A stretch of DNA of 64,000 nt from Candidatus Eiseniibacteriota bacterium (GCA_005893305.1 VBOZ01000008.1:9286-73285), one strand, 5' to 3'. Numbered from the stretch's first letter, positions 37,702 to 47,113 are shown. Notes: a model not told the origin generated them from the sequence alone. Made by a program: numbers and translations.

Positions 37702-37731
37702 TTGACACCCCTTCCACCCCACCACTAACGT
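37702..37731 (+). promoter_or_regulatory. promoter candidate TTGACA-18-TAACGT, apparently leaderless
   Basis: Plus strand: CTTGACACCCC...CCACTAACGTG. Six nt separate the -10 (37726-37731) from the GTG at 37738. It lies in the divergent gap shared with asnS. Confidence 0.4.
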
Positions 37732-37737
37732 GCGCCC

Positions 37738-39690
37738 GTGACGCGCCGAACGACTGGTCATCGAGCCTCGCACGCGCACCGGCGACATTTTCGCGTCCCC
37801 GCGGTTGCGTTCACACTCCTCGCCTCGGCACTCTCTCTGGCTTCCCCGCGGGCTGCCATCGCGAAGGGTGAGGCGTTCGCGCCGGCCGGCGCCGAAGCGA
37901 TTACGAGCGCGCTCAACCAGAAGTACGACTCCGGCGTGACGCGCGCCCTGGCGGCGGCGCAGGCCTGCTACCGCGAGGCCCTCGCGCAGGACGCCACCGG
38001 GAAACCCGCCGAGGCCATCCGACTCCTGGAAGCGGCGTCCGCCTTCGACCCGGACTTCCCGGACGCGCACTTCACGCTGGCCCGCGTGCTGGCGTTTCGA
38101 AACCCGGGCCGCGCGGTGGGCGAGCTGAGCGAGGCCTTCCGCATTCTCGGGCGAAGCTACCCCTGGCAGCGCCACCTTCTCGCGAACGTGCTGACCGGCC
38201 TCATCGCCGTTTGGATGGTCAGCCTCCTTCTCGCGGTGATCGGAATCGCGTTCCGGCACTTCCCCCACCTGGTCCACGTCGTGCGGGAGCTGTTGGGAGC
38301 GCCCCAATCGCACATCGGGCAGGCGTCCGCCGCCGTCGTGACGCTCTCCCCCGCGGTATGGGGGCTCGGCGCCATCCCGACGGCGACGCTCTTCTCCGGC
38401 CTCACCTCCTTCCGTTTCGGGAAGCGCGAGGTGGGTCTCGTGGTGCTGTTCCTGGTCTCCGCGCTCGTTCTCGCGGGCGGTATCGGCGCGATCGCCCCTT
38501 GGGCGGGCGCGCCGACGCTCGAGGAGCCGGGACTTCTGGTGGACCGCGCGATGAACTCCGGGTACGACCCGGACCTCGCGGCGGCGCTCATGTCGTGGGA
38601 GGCCCGCGACGCGACCGAAGCGCTCTTCCCGTTCGCGCTCGGATCGATGGCGCGGCGAAGCGGGGACCTCGACATGGCCGAGAGGCAGCTTACCCTCGCC
38701 GCCGTGCTCCGCCCGAAGACGGCCTGGATCCTGACGAACCTCGGAAACGTCTACTTCGCGCGCGAGGATTTCGGGCGGGCGAGGCAGACCTACGAGGCGG
38801 CCGCGGCCGCCACGCCCGGGGCGGTCGAGCCTCATTTCAATCTGGCGCAGGTCTATACGAAGCAGCTCATGTTCACGGAGGCGAGTCGAGAGCAGTCCCG
38901 CGCCTCCACAATCTCGTTCGATCGCGTGGCCGATTTCAGCCGCTGGACCGCGCCGCAGCTCAACCGGAGCGTCATGGACGCGGATCCGCCCGCCGAGGCG
39001 CTGTGGGGGCTCTCCCGGCGTTTCGCGTCGCACCGGATCCCGAGCGTCCGCGAAGGAAACGCCCTGATCCGGTGGGTCACGCGCCTGGCGCCGCCGGCGC
39101 CTTTTGCGCTGGTCTTCATCCCCGCGATGTTTCTCATCTTCGCCGGGATCGGCCAATTCCTCGGGCGGGGCCTCCCGACGATGCACTGCTCCAACTGCCA
39201 GACGGTGATCTGCCGCCGCTGCGTCAAGCGGATGCAGCAGCGCGCCTTCTGTGAGAACTGCTTCAAATCGGTGAAGGAGCTGAAGTCGACGGAGTTCACC
39301 CGGCTTCTCCTCACCCGGCAGGGCCGGGGCGCCGCGCGGAGGCGCACGGCGGGCCAGGCGATCCTCACCCTCCTCGTGCCCGGTGCGGCTCAGATGCTCC
39401 GGGGCGCGACCCTCTCGGGATTCTTCGCTCTCCTCGTGATGAGCTCGGCGGCGCTGCTCGTCGTTTGGAACGGCGCCCTGGTGCCGTCGCTCGACGTGCT
39501 TCCGTCCCCGACGTCGGGATTGGCCAAGAGAATCCCACTCATCCTCCTCTTCCTGCTCACGTACGCGATCAGCGTCGCGCGGTATTTCTCCACGACGACG
39601 ACACACGTCGAGGACCTGACCGCCCCGGTGGACGAGGCAACGGGCGCGGGCGCGAGACCGGCGCGCGCCCGAACGGGCCGGAGACCCTGA
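37738..39690 (+). CDS. hypothetical TPR / polytopic membrane protein with internal zinc-ribbon
   Basis: 650 aa. Signal-like N-terminus and TPR-like repeats on both sides of a cluster of TM helices. CSNCQTVICRRCVKRMQQRAFCENC is a 4-Cys ribbon. A C-terminal TM hairpin carries LVPGAAQMLRG. Confidence 0.7.
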   Translation: MTRRTTGHRASHAHRRHFRVPAVAFTLLASALSLASPRAAIAKGEAFAPAGAEAITSALNQKYDSGVTRALAAAQACYREALAQDATGKPAEAIRLLEAASAFDPDFPDAHFTLARVLAFRNPGRAVGELSEAFRILGRSYPWQRHLLANVLTGLIAVWMVSLLLAVIGIAFRHFPHLVHVVRELLGAPQSHIGQASAAVVTLSPAVWGLGAIPTATLFSGLTSFRFGKREVGLVVLFLVSALVLAGGIGAIAPWAGAPTLEEPGLLVDRAMNSGYDPDLAAALMSWEARDATEALFPFALGSMARRSGDLDMAERQLTLAAVLRPKTAWILTNLGNVYFAREDFGRARQTYEAAAAATPGAVEPHFNLAQVYTKQLMFTEASREQSRASTISFDRVADFSRWTAPQLNRSVMDADPPAEALWGLSRRFASHRIPSVREGNALIRWVTRLAPPAPFALVFIPAMFLIFAGIGQFLGRGLPTMHCSNCQTVICRRCVKRMQQRAFCENCFKSVKELKSTEFTRLLLTRQGRGAARRRTAGQAILTLLVPGAAQMLRGATLSGFFALLVMSSAALLVVWNGALVPSLDVLPSPTSGLAKRIPLILLFLLTYAISVARYFSTTTTHVEDLTAPVDEATGAGARPARARTGRRP

Positions 39691-39691
39691 C

Positions 39692-40792
39692 ATGGCGCTC
39701 CAGGGAAACCTCGACGATTTCAGCCTCCCCGAAATCCTTCAGCTGATCGCGGTTCAGCAGAAGTCGGGCGTGCTCAAGCTGACCGCCGGCGATGATGTCG
39801 CGGTCGTCTTCTTCGAGGCGGGCAAGATCGTCTCGACGCGCGACCGACGCAGGAACGCGCGCGATCCGCTGAAGCCGTACTTGGTCCGGACGGGGCATCT
39901 GACCGAGGCCCAGCTGAAGCAGATCGAGACCATCGAGGCCGAGAGTCGGAGGGAGCTGACCGACGTCCTCCTCTCCGGCAACTACATGACGAGCGAGGCG
40001 CTCACGCAGGCGCTGGAGCACCAGATCCAGGACACGCTCCACCAGCTGCTCACGTGGAAATCCGGCTCCTACCACTTCTCGGGCGATTCACGCACCGTTC
40101 CCAAGTTCGCGGTGAACGTCCGCCTGAATACCGAGGGGCTCCTGATGGAGAGCATGCGGCGAATCGATGAGATCGTCCGCTATCGGGAAACGCTCTCCTC
40201 CCCCGCGATGGTGCTCCGCCCGAAGCCGCTGGCCATGCCGCCCAAGGAGATGTCGTCCCAGGAGCGGCGCATTCTGCCGCTCGTCGACGGCTTGCGGCCG
40301 CTGCGCGACCTCGTCGCGCAATCGAAGCTGGTGGAGTTCGAGGCGTTCGAGGCGCTCCATCACCTCCTGGACCTCGGCGTCATCGAGGTTTCGCTCGGTG
40401 CGGCGCCCGCGAAGGTGACCCCGATCGCCGCGGAGCCGCCCCCGGTTCCCGCGCGGCGGACCGCCAACAGCTTCCTCGCCTTCGCGGTCGCCATCGTTTC
40501 CCTTGCCGCCTCCTTCGCGATCGCGTTCTTTGTCACTCCGGCTCTTCTCTCCCGAGCGGCGCGAGCCGCGGCGCCGGCGGTGGTCGCCGTCCCGCCCGAG
40601 ATCGCGCTCGTCGACGAGGCCGCCCGCGTGAGCCTCGCTCTGGAGACCTACCGGCGGGTCCGGGGGGAATATCCTCCGGATCTGGAGACCTTGGGTGTCG
40701 AGGGCTACCTCCCCGCGGCGATGGCGCGCGCGGCCGCCCGCCTCTATCAGTACCAGAGCGACGGGGTGACCTACTCGCGCGTTCTCCGCTGA
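39692..40792 (+). CDS. DUF4388 (PATAN-like) domain protein with C-terminal TM
   Basis: 366 aa. MALQGNLDDFSLPEILQLIAVQQKSGVLKL matches the G-L-x-x-F-x-L-x-(D/E)-(I/L)-L-Q signature I associate with DUF4388. One TM lies near residue 260. Starts 1 nt after the upstream stop. Confidence 0.65.
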   Translation: MALQGNLDDFSLPEILQLIAVQQKSGVLKLTAGDDVAVVFFEAGKIVSTRDRRRNARDPLKPYLVRTGHLTEAQLKQIETIEAESRRELTDVLLSGNYMTSEALTQALEHQIQDTLHQLLTWKSGSYHFSGDSRTVPKFAVNVRLNTEGLLMESMRRIDEIVRYRETLSSPAMVLRPKPLAMPPKEMSSQERRILPLVDGLRPLRDLVAQSKLVEFEAFEALHHLLDLGVIEVSLGAAPAKVTPIAAEPPPVPARRTANSFLAFAVAIVSLAASFAIAFFVTPALLSRAARAAAPAVVAVPPEIALVDEAARVSLALETYRRVRGEYPPDLETLGVEGYLPAAMARAAARLYQYQSDGVTYSRVLR

Positions 40793-40793
40793 G

Positions 40794-41768
40794 TCACGCA
40801 CCACCCCGGCCGACCGCTCGTAGCGGGTAGCCGACGCCCCACCGCCATCGGTTGTAAGCTTCCGTGGCGCCCGCGATCAGAATCGCGGCGAGGAATGCGG
40901 CCGGCGCTTGGGGCGCCAGGATCACGAGAAAAAGCAGCTGGAGCCGTATCGAGAGCGCGTTCCACGAGGCGGCCGTCCGCGAATCGAGTCCCGGCCCGAG
41001 CGCCAGAATCGCCGCCGCGAGGATGCCCCAGACCGCAGGCGTGAGATCGAGCGCCCAGAGCCCCGCCGCCATCGTCCCCCACGCGAGCCCGACAGACAGG
41101 CCCGCCGCCCGCCCCGCGCCCAGCGCGACCGCCGTGGTCCGCTGACCCGCCTGCTCGTCGCCCTCGCGATCGGCCAACATGGTGAGTAGCGAGACCGTCA
41201 TGATCCCGAGCGTATACGGCAGCGACGCCATCGACCCCGCGCGCAGATCCCCCACGCCCCACGGTCCGCCGCAGCCTGCCGCTCCGAGCAGGAACGCCAC
41301 GACCCCGTAGCCCGCGCCGTGCGAGAGCACGTCCAGGATCGGCCTTCGCTTGAGCTCGAAGGGCGGCGCCACGTAGGCCACCCCAAGGACCAATGAAACC
41401 AGAAGGAGACCCTGCTCGAAGGACGACGCGCCCCGCGCGACAATCGCCGCCACAAGGACGGCGCCGAGACCCACCGCGAGAAGGGATCGGCCGCCGACGA
41501 GGCCGCGCACCACGGGGAGTCCCTTCCGGTTCCGACGGTCCCCGTCGCGGTCGCGCCAGGCGTTCGCCCCGTGGACGGCCGCCAGGATCAGAAGCAGCGA
41601 CGCGAGGGGTCCCGGCGAGAAATCGTTCCGGCCCGACACGCGAAATTCCCAAGCACGCCCCGCGCCGTAGACGGCCACCGCGGGGATCCAGAGGAGGGGC
41701 CGGATCGCGAACGTCCGGTCGAGCAGCCACTCGAGCGCCCGCCGGCCCCCGCGCCCCTCGCCGGTCAC
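40794..41768 (-). CDS. UbiA-family prenyltransferase-like membrane protein
   Basis: Track ORF 40794..41897 trimmed to the GTG at 41766-41768 (GTGA overlap with the GT9 stop). Polytopic. NAWRDRDGDRRN resembles the NxxxDxxxD UbiA motif. Confidence 0.5.
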   Translation of the reverse strand: MTGEGRGGRRALEWLLDRTFAIRPLLWIPAVAVYGAGRAWEFRVSGRNDFSPGPLASLLLILAAVHGANAWRDRDGDRRNRKGLPVVRGLVGGRSLLAVGLGAVLVAAIVARGASSFEQGLLLVSLVLGVAYVAPPFELKRRPILDVLSHGAGYGVVAFLLGAAGCGGPWGVGDLRAGSMASLPYTLGIMTVSLLTMLADREGDEQAGQRTTAVALGAGRAAGLSVGLAWGTMAAGLWALDLTPAVWGILAAAILALGPGLDSRTAASWNALSIRLQLLFLVILAPQAPAAFLAAILIAGATEAYNRWRWGVGYPLRAVGRGGA

Positions 41769-42769
41769 GGGAGGAGCTGCTCCAGCGCCCGCGACGCCTC
41801 CTCCGGGCCGATCGAGCGGAGGCATCCGTAGCCGATCGGGCAGGTCCGGCGATAGCAGGGAGAACAGGGGTAGGCCGCGTAGAGATTCGACACCCACGGG
41901 GCGGAAGCCGAAGTCCAGACCGGGCTCGTCGAGCCGAACACGCCGACCGTGGGCCGGCGGAGCGCCGCGGCGAGGTGCATGACGCCGGAATCGTTCGAGA
42001 TGACGCCGTCTGCGCCCGCGACGATCCCGAAGAGCTCACCCAGCCCGGTGGAACCGGCGAGGTCGATCGCGCGTGCCCCCGCGCCCCGAGCTTCGCGCGC
42101 CGCCGACGCGGCGGCATCGCGATCCTCGACCCCGCCGACCACCACGACCGCGCGGCCGGTGCGCCGCGCGATGCCGGCCCCGGCCGCGGCGAAGCGCTTC
42201 GGCTCCCACTGCTTCGCCGGACCGTAGCTGGCCCCCGGCGCGAGCAGGAGATAGGGAGCGCCCTTCCACCCCGCGCGCTCGAGGGCGACCCGCGCGCTGT
42301 CGGACTCCTCGGCCAACGGCTGAAGCGTCGGGATCTCCGAGCGCGGGGCGATCCCCGCGGCGGCCGCGAGCTCGCGATACTCGGCGGCGCGGGCGGTCGA
42401 TCGCGGCGGTCCCGCCCGGCGAACGCGCGTGGTGAGCAGGGGCCCGCGCCACTCCGCGGCATAACCGATCCGCTCGGGTACGCCGGCGAGCCACGTGAGA
42501 AGGGCCGAAGAGAGCGACTCGGTAAGGAGGAGTGCCCTGCGCGGGCGGAGCGCGCGGATCGTGGGGAGCGGCGCCCATCGCGCCGCCCGGCTCGTCGCGA
42601 CGTAACGGACGCTCGGAAATCGCGGCTCGAGGATGTCCCGGAACGACTCCGGGCCCAGGAAGATCGCCGGTCCTTCGGCGGCCGACTCCAGGGTGGGAAG
42701 CGAGAGGACGAGATCTCCGAGCCAGTTGGGAATGCGAACGAGCAGGGGCGCGTCTTCCGGGCGTGTCAT
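41765..42769 (-). CDS. glycosyltransferase family 9 (LPS heptosyltransferase-like)
   Basis: 334 aa. LLVRIPNWLGDLVLSLP at the N-terminus and ISNDSGVMHLAAAL near the C-terminus are GT9 hallmarks. Confidence 0.8.
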   Translation of the reverse strand: MTRPEDAPLLVRIPNWLGDLVLSLPTLESAAEGPAIFLGPESFRDILEPRFPSVRYVATSRAARWAPLPTIRALRPRRALLLTESLSSALLTWLAGVPERIGYAAEWRGPLLTTRVRRAGPPRSTARAAEYRELAAAAGIAPRSEIPTLQPLAEESDSARVALERAGWKGAPYLLLAPGASYGPAKQWEPKRFAAAGAGIARRTGRAVVVVGGVEDRDAAASAAREARGAGARAIDLAGSTGLGELFGIVAGADGVISNDSGVMHLAAALRRPTVGVFGSTSPVWTSASAPWVSNLYAAYPCSPCYRRTCPIGYGCLRSIGPEEASRALEQLLP

Positions 42770-42788
42770 GGCTTCGCCACGCAGCGGG

Positions 42789-43988
42789 TCAGCGGATGAT
42801 TTCGAGGCCTCGCCCCACCTCTTCGAGGATGGAGAGGGCGCGGTCCAGCTCCTCTTCGGTGTGCGTCGCGGTCACGATCGTGCGGAGCCGCGCCTTCCCC
42901 TTCGGGACGGTCGGGTAGCCGATCCCCTGCGCGAAGAGGCCGCGGTCGAAGAGGCGGTCGGAGAACTTCATCGCGAGGTCGGCCTCTCCCACGAAGATGG
43001 GCGTGATCGGGGTCTCGCTGATTCCCGTGTTGAACCCGAGGCGCTTCAACCCGTCCTTGAAGCGCTTCGTGTTCGACCACAGCCGCTCGATGCGCTCCGG
43101 CTCGGCCTCCAGAACGTCGAAGGCCGCGATGCAGGCCGCCGCGACCGCCGGAGGATGAGAGGTGCTGAAGAGGAACGGCCTCGCTCGGTGATACAGGTAC
43201 TCGATGAGGGATCGCGTGCCGGCCACGTAGCCGCCCAGGACGCCGATCGCCTTGGAGAGGGTCCCTACCTGGATGTCGACCTGTCCGTGCAGCCCGAAGT
43301 GATCGACGGTGCCGCGCCCGGCCTTGCCCAGAACGCCGCTCGCGTGGGCGTCGTCCACCATCATGATGGCCCCGTGCGCCCTCGCGAGCGCCGCGATCTC
43401 CGGCATCGGCGCGATGTCGCCGTCCATGCTGAAGACCCCGTCGGTGATCACGAGACGGCGCTTCACCGACGCGGTCTCCTCGAGGAGGCGTCCGAGCTCG
43501 GTGGGATTGCGGTGCGGGAAGACCCGGATCGTCGCCCGGCTCAACCGCGCGCCGTCGATGATGCTCGCGTGGTTCAGCTCGTCCGAGAGAATCAGGTCGT
43601 CCTTTCCGAGAATCGCGGCCACGGTCCCGGCGTTCGCGGCGAAACCGCTCTGGAAGACGACGGAGGCCTCGGTCTTCTTGAAGGCCGCGATCCTCCGCTC
43701 CAGCTCCATGTGGATCTCCATCGTCCCCGCGATGGTCCGGACCGAGCCGGAGCCGACCCCCAGCTCCTTGAGCGCGCGGAGCGCGGCCTCGCGGAGCTTC
43801 GGGTGGGTCGTCAATCCCAGGTAGTTGTTCGACGAAAGGTTGATCACGTCCTTCGAGTCGAAGCGCGCGGCCGCGCGCTGCTCCCCAGCCAGGACGCGGA
43901 GCTTTCGGTAGAGGCCTTCGGCGCGGATCTGGGCGAGGGCCTCGTCGAGGAACTGGAGCGGGTTGTTCGTCGCGGTGGCGCGGCTCAT
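42789..43988 (-). CDS. kbl: glycine C-acetyltransferase (2-amino-3-ketobutyrate CoA ligase)
   Basis: Track ORF trimmed to the ATG at 43986-43988 (ATGA overlap with the tdh stop), giving 399 aa. PLP lysine in GTLSKAIG. Called kbl rather than bioF because tdh is adjacent. Confidence 0.8.
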   Translation of the reverse strand: MSRATATNNPLQFLDEALAQIRAEGLYRKLRVLAGEQRAAARFDSKDVINLSSNNYLGLTTHPKLREAALRALKELGVGSGSVRTIAGTMEIHMELERRIAAFKKTEASVVFQSGFAANAGTVAAILGKDDLILSDELNHASIIDGARLSRATIRVFPHRNPTELGRLLEETASVKRRLVITDGVFSMDGDIAPMPEIAALARAHGAIMMVDDAHASGVLGKAGRGTVDHFGLHGQVDIQVGTLSKAIGVLGGYVAGTRSLIEYLYHRARPFLFSTSHPPAVAAACIAAFDVLEAEPERIERLWSNTKRFKDGLKRLGFNTGISETPITPIFVGEADLAMKFSDRLFDRGLFAQGIGYPTVPKGKARLRTIVTATHTEEELDRALSILEEVGRGLEIIR

Positions 43989-45067
43989 TTGCGGTCCCGC
44001 ACCAGCACGATCTTTCCCGCCTTGCCCGAGCGTTGGAGCTCCACCGCCTGGTGGAAATCGTCCCAGCCGAGCACGTGCGTGATCACCGGCCGGATGTCGA
44101 GCTTCCCGGAGAGGAGGAGCGCCTCCATCCGGTACCACGTGTCGAAGATCCAGCGGCCGTTGATTCCCTGCACGGTGGCCCCGCGGAAGATGATCTCCTT
44201 GGCCACGTCGATCTCGAGCGGCTTCGACGGGATGCCGAGGAGCGAGACGCGCCCTCCGTTGGCGAGCACCTCGAAGCCGTCCCTGAGCGCGCCCGCGCTG
44301 CCCGACATCTCGAGCATTCCGTCGACGCCGTCGCCCCCCGTCGCGTCGAGGATCGAGCGCACGACCGCGTCCCGCTCCACGTGGAGGAGCCGGTCCGCGC
44401 CCATTTTCTCGGCGAGCTCGAGCCGGATCGGGTTCTTGTCGATCGCCGCCACCCACGCCGCTCCCGCCGACTTTAGAACCCCCACCGCGAAGCAGCCGAT
44501 CGGCCCGCAGCCGAAGACCGCGAAGCGGAGCCCCGCGACGGGACCCGCCAGCGCCGTGTGGACCGCGTTTCCGAGCGGATCGTGGACCGCCGCGATCTCC
44601 TCGGGAATCTTGGGATCCACCTTCCAGACGTTCTGCTCGGGAATCACGACGAAGTCGGCGAAGGCGCCCTGCCGGTCCACGCCCAGGATCTGGACGTTCT
44701 TGCAGAGATGGAGGAGTCCGCGGCGGCAGGCGTAGCAAAGGCCGCAGTAGATGTGCGTCTCGCCGGTGACGCGATCCCCGGCCCGTACGAGCGCCACCTC
44801 GGAGCCGACCGATTCGACGATCCCCGTGAATTCGTGGCCCGGAATGAGCGGGGGCTTGATCCGCGACTCCGCCCAGCGATCCCACTCCACGATGTGGAGG
44901 TCGGTCCCGCAGATCGCGAAGGCCGTGACGCGGATTCTCACGTCCCTCGGCCCGACGTTCGGGATCGGCGCGGTGATGCGCGTGAGGCCCGGCCCTGGGG
45001 CCGATTTCTCCATCGCCCACATCGTGCCCTGGGTCACCGTAGGCTCCTTCTGCGTCCGTACCGCCAA
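43985..45067 (-). CDS. tdh: L-threonine 3-dehydrogenase
   Basis: 360-aa ORF with a TTG start at 45065-45067 preceded by GGGAGGAAG. Zn-ADH motifs: GHEFTGIVESVGSEV and FGCGPIG. Confidence 0.85.
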   Translation of the reverse strand: MAVRTQKEPTVTQGTMWAMEKSAPGPGLTRITAPIPNVGPRDVRIRVTAFAICGTDLHIVEWDRWAESRIKPPLIPGHEFTGIVESVGSEVALVRAGDRVTGETHIYCGLCYACRRGLLHLCKNVQILGVDRQGAFADFVVIPEQNVWKVDPKIPEEIAAVHDPLGNAVHTALAGPVAGLRFAVFGCGPIGCFAVGVLKSAGAAWVAAIDKNPIRLELAEKMGADRLLHVERDAVVRSILDATGGDGVDGMLEMSGSAGALRDGFEVLANGGRVSLLGIPSKPLEIDVAKEIIFRGATVQGINGRWIFDTWYRMEALLLSGKLDIRPVITHVLGWDDFHQAVELQRSGKAGKIVLVRDRK

Positions 45068-45088
45068 CGTGTCTTCCTCCCTATGGCG

Positions 45089-45116
45089 ATTATGGGTGCG
45101 AAGGGGCCGGAATCAA
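45089..45116 (-). promoter_or_regulatory. promoter candidate TTGATT-16-CATAAT upstream of tdh
   Basis: Minus strand: -35 at 45116-45111 and -10 at 45094-45089, within a 58-nt gap. Confidence 0.35.
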
Positions 45117-45125
45117 GGCAATTCC

Positions 45126-46052
45126 CTAGTAGCCCCGGGCCCGGTCGACAACGTTCCGGAGCGCGACCCCGCTGCGATATCGCCGCCAATTCTCCGCGAA
45201 GTCCTCCGCGAGCGGCCGGAGCGTGCCGATCCCGGCCACGTGCGGCGTGATCCAGATTCCCTTGGCCGTTCGAAGGGGATGCGTGGCCGGCAGAGGCTCC
45301 TCGCGGAAGACGTCGAGGAGCGCCCGCGCCGGGCGTCCCTTCGCGATTCCCTCCAGAAGCGCCGCCTCGTCGACGGTGGCGCCCCGCGAGGCATTCACGA
45401 AGGTCGCGCCCTCCCGCATGAGCGCGAAGCGCTCCCGGTTCCAGAACGATTCCGTCGCGGGGGTGTGCGGCAGAAGGTTGACGATGAACTCGGCGTGCGG
45501 CAGCCGGTCGCGAATCGCATCCGGCCCGTACATTCCCGCCGCGTCCTCCCCCGCGGGGACCGGCCCTCTCCGGATTCCCTCCACGCGCATGCCCAGCTCC
45601 CGCCCCACGGAGCCCACGTGAGCCCCGATCGCGCCGTACCCGACCACGAGGAGCGAGCTGCCCGCCAGCGTCCCGGGCGTCCATCGCTTCCATTCGCGGG
45701 CTTCCATCTGGCGCAGCGCTTCCGGAACGCCGAGCTCCCACGCGAGCAGATAGCCGAACACGTACTCGGCGATCCGCTTCGGAAAGTCCCCCACGGTGCG
45801 GGTCAAGGTCACGCCGTCGCGCCATTCCGGGCGACCGGACCATGCCTCGATGCCCGCCCAGCCGCTCTGAATCCATCGAAGCGCCGGGAGGGCTACCGGC
45901 GCGGGCGGTGGGAGCCCCGCGCAGAACCAGACGTCGGCGGTCGCGTCCCCGGCGCCCTCTAGCCCCGTCCACGGGATCGACTCTCCGAGGACTCCCTCGA
46001 CTTCCCGCGCCAGAGCCTCGGGCTCCGCGTGGGTGATCAGGACCCGCGTCAT
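45126..46052 (-). CDS. D-isomer-specific 2-hydroxyacid dehydrogenase family protein
   Basis: Track ORF trimmed to the ATG at 46050-46052 (MTRVLITH..., ATGA overlap with the GT9 stop), giving 308 aa. NAD site VVGYGAIGAHVG; catalytic-region motif ASRGATVDEAAL...ITPHVAG. Confidence 0.8.
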   Translation of the reverse strand: MTRVLITHAEPEALAREVEGVLGESIPWTGLEGAGDATADVWFCAGLPPPAPVALPALRWIQSGWAGIEAWSGRPEWRDGVTLTRTVGDFPKRIAEYVFGYLLAWELGVPEALRQMEAREWKRWTPGTLAGSSLLVVGYGAIGAHVGSVGRELGMRVEGIRRGPVPAGEDAAGMYGPDAIRDRLPHAEFIVNLLPHTPATESFWNRERFALMREGATFVNASRGATVDEAALLEGIAKGRPARALLDVFREEPLPATHPLRTAKGIWITPHVAGIGTLRPLAEDFAENWRRYRSGVALRNVVDRARGY

Positions 46053-47110
46053 CCGACCTTCCTGGAAGCGAGAAGGGGCCGGAGCGACGCCAGCACCAGC
46101 TCGGGCGGGAGGCGCTCCATGCACGCGTGGTGCGAGAGCGGGCATCGCCGTTTCCCGTGCACGTCGCAGGGCCTGCAGCCGAGCGGGATCTCCACCACCG
46201 AGTCGCGGGGGCCCTGGGGCGCGAACCCGAATGCGGGAACCGTGCTCCCGAAGATCCCCAGACCGGGCACGCCGAGGGCCGGCCCCAGATGGAGGAGAGC
46301 GGAATCGTTCGAGACGATCGCCGAGGCGCCCGCCGCGAGGGCCGCCGCGTCGCGAAACCCAAGCGAGGCGATCTCGGCGTGGCGCCCCTCCGGGAGAAGC
46401 GCGCGAAGCTCCGCCTCCAGCAAGCGCTCCTTGGGGTCGATCGCGTAGCGGACGCCCAGGCCGAGATCGGAGGCGATCGCCGTCCCGAGCGCGACGAAGT
46501 GCCGCGCCGGCCACCGCTTCGTCTCCCACCGCGCCCCGACGCCGAGGAACACGAAGCCGCGCCCCGCGTCCGCGCCCAGCCGCGCCGTCGCCCGCGAGCG
46601 CTCGGCCCCGGTGAGGGCGTCGCGAAGCCACGGCTTGAGCGGCGCGTCCGGCGGCAACCCCGCGAGAGAGCGGTAGGTTTCGAGGAGCGGCGGAACGGGC
46701 TTCACGCGGATCCAGCGCGCGTGAACCATGAGCCGGCGGCGAAGGCCGTGCTTTTGCGGCAGGGTCCGCTTCGCCTGATCGAAGGCCCCCACGATCCGCG
46801 ACGATCGAAGATTCTGGTGAAGGTCGATCACCTCCGCGATCCCCTCACGCCGGAGCGCTGCGACGAGATCCCCGAGCCCGCCCACGAACCCGAAGGGGGC
46901 GGGCTCGGCGGGATCGCTCGTTCCGTCGCGCAGCACGTAGAAGCGGTCGATGTCGGGATGGCCACGGAGCGCGCCGGCGTACTGCTCCTTGGTGACGAAG
47001 AGGACGTGGCGGCCGGGATCGGCGGCGCGAAGGAACGAGGGCACGTGCGCGGCGAGCAGAACGTCGCCCAACGACGAGAACCGGACGACAACCGCCGGTC
47101 CCTGGGGCAC
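46049..47110 (-). CDS. glycosyltransferase family 9 (LPS heptosyltransferase-like)
   Basis: 353 aa. VVVRFSSLGDVLLA and VSNDSALLHLGPAL are GT9 hallmarks. Confidence 0.8.
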   Translation of the reverse strand: MPQGPAVVVRFSSLGDVLLAAHVPSFLRAADPGRHVLFVTKEQYAGALRGHPDIDRFYVLRDGTSDPAEPAPFGFVGGLGDLVAALRREGIAEVIDLHQNLRSSRIVGAFDQAKRTLPQKHGLRRRLMVHARWIRVKPVPPLLETYRSLAGLPPDAPLKPWLRDALTGAERSRATARLGADAGRGFVFLGVGARWETKRWPARHFVALGTAIASDLGLGVRYAIDPKERLLEAELRALLPEGRHAEIASLGFRDAAALAAGASAIVSNDSALLHLGPALGVPGLGIFGSTVPAFGFAPQGPRDSVVEIPLGCRPCDVHGKRRCPLSHHACMERLPPELVLASLRPLLASRKVG

Positions 47111-47113
47111 AGG

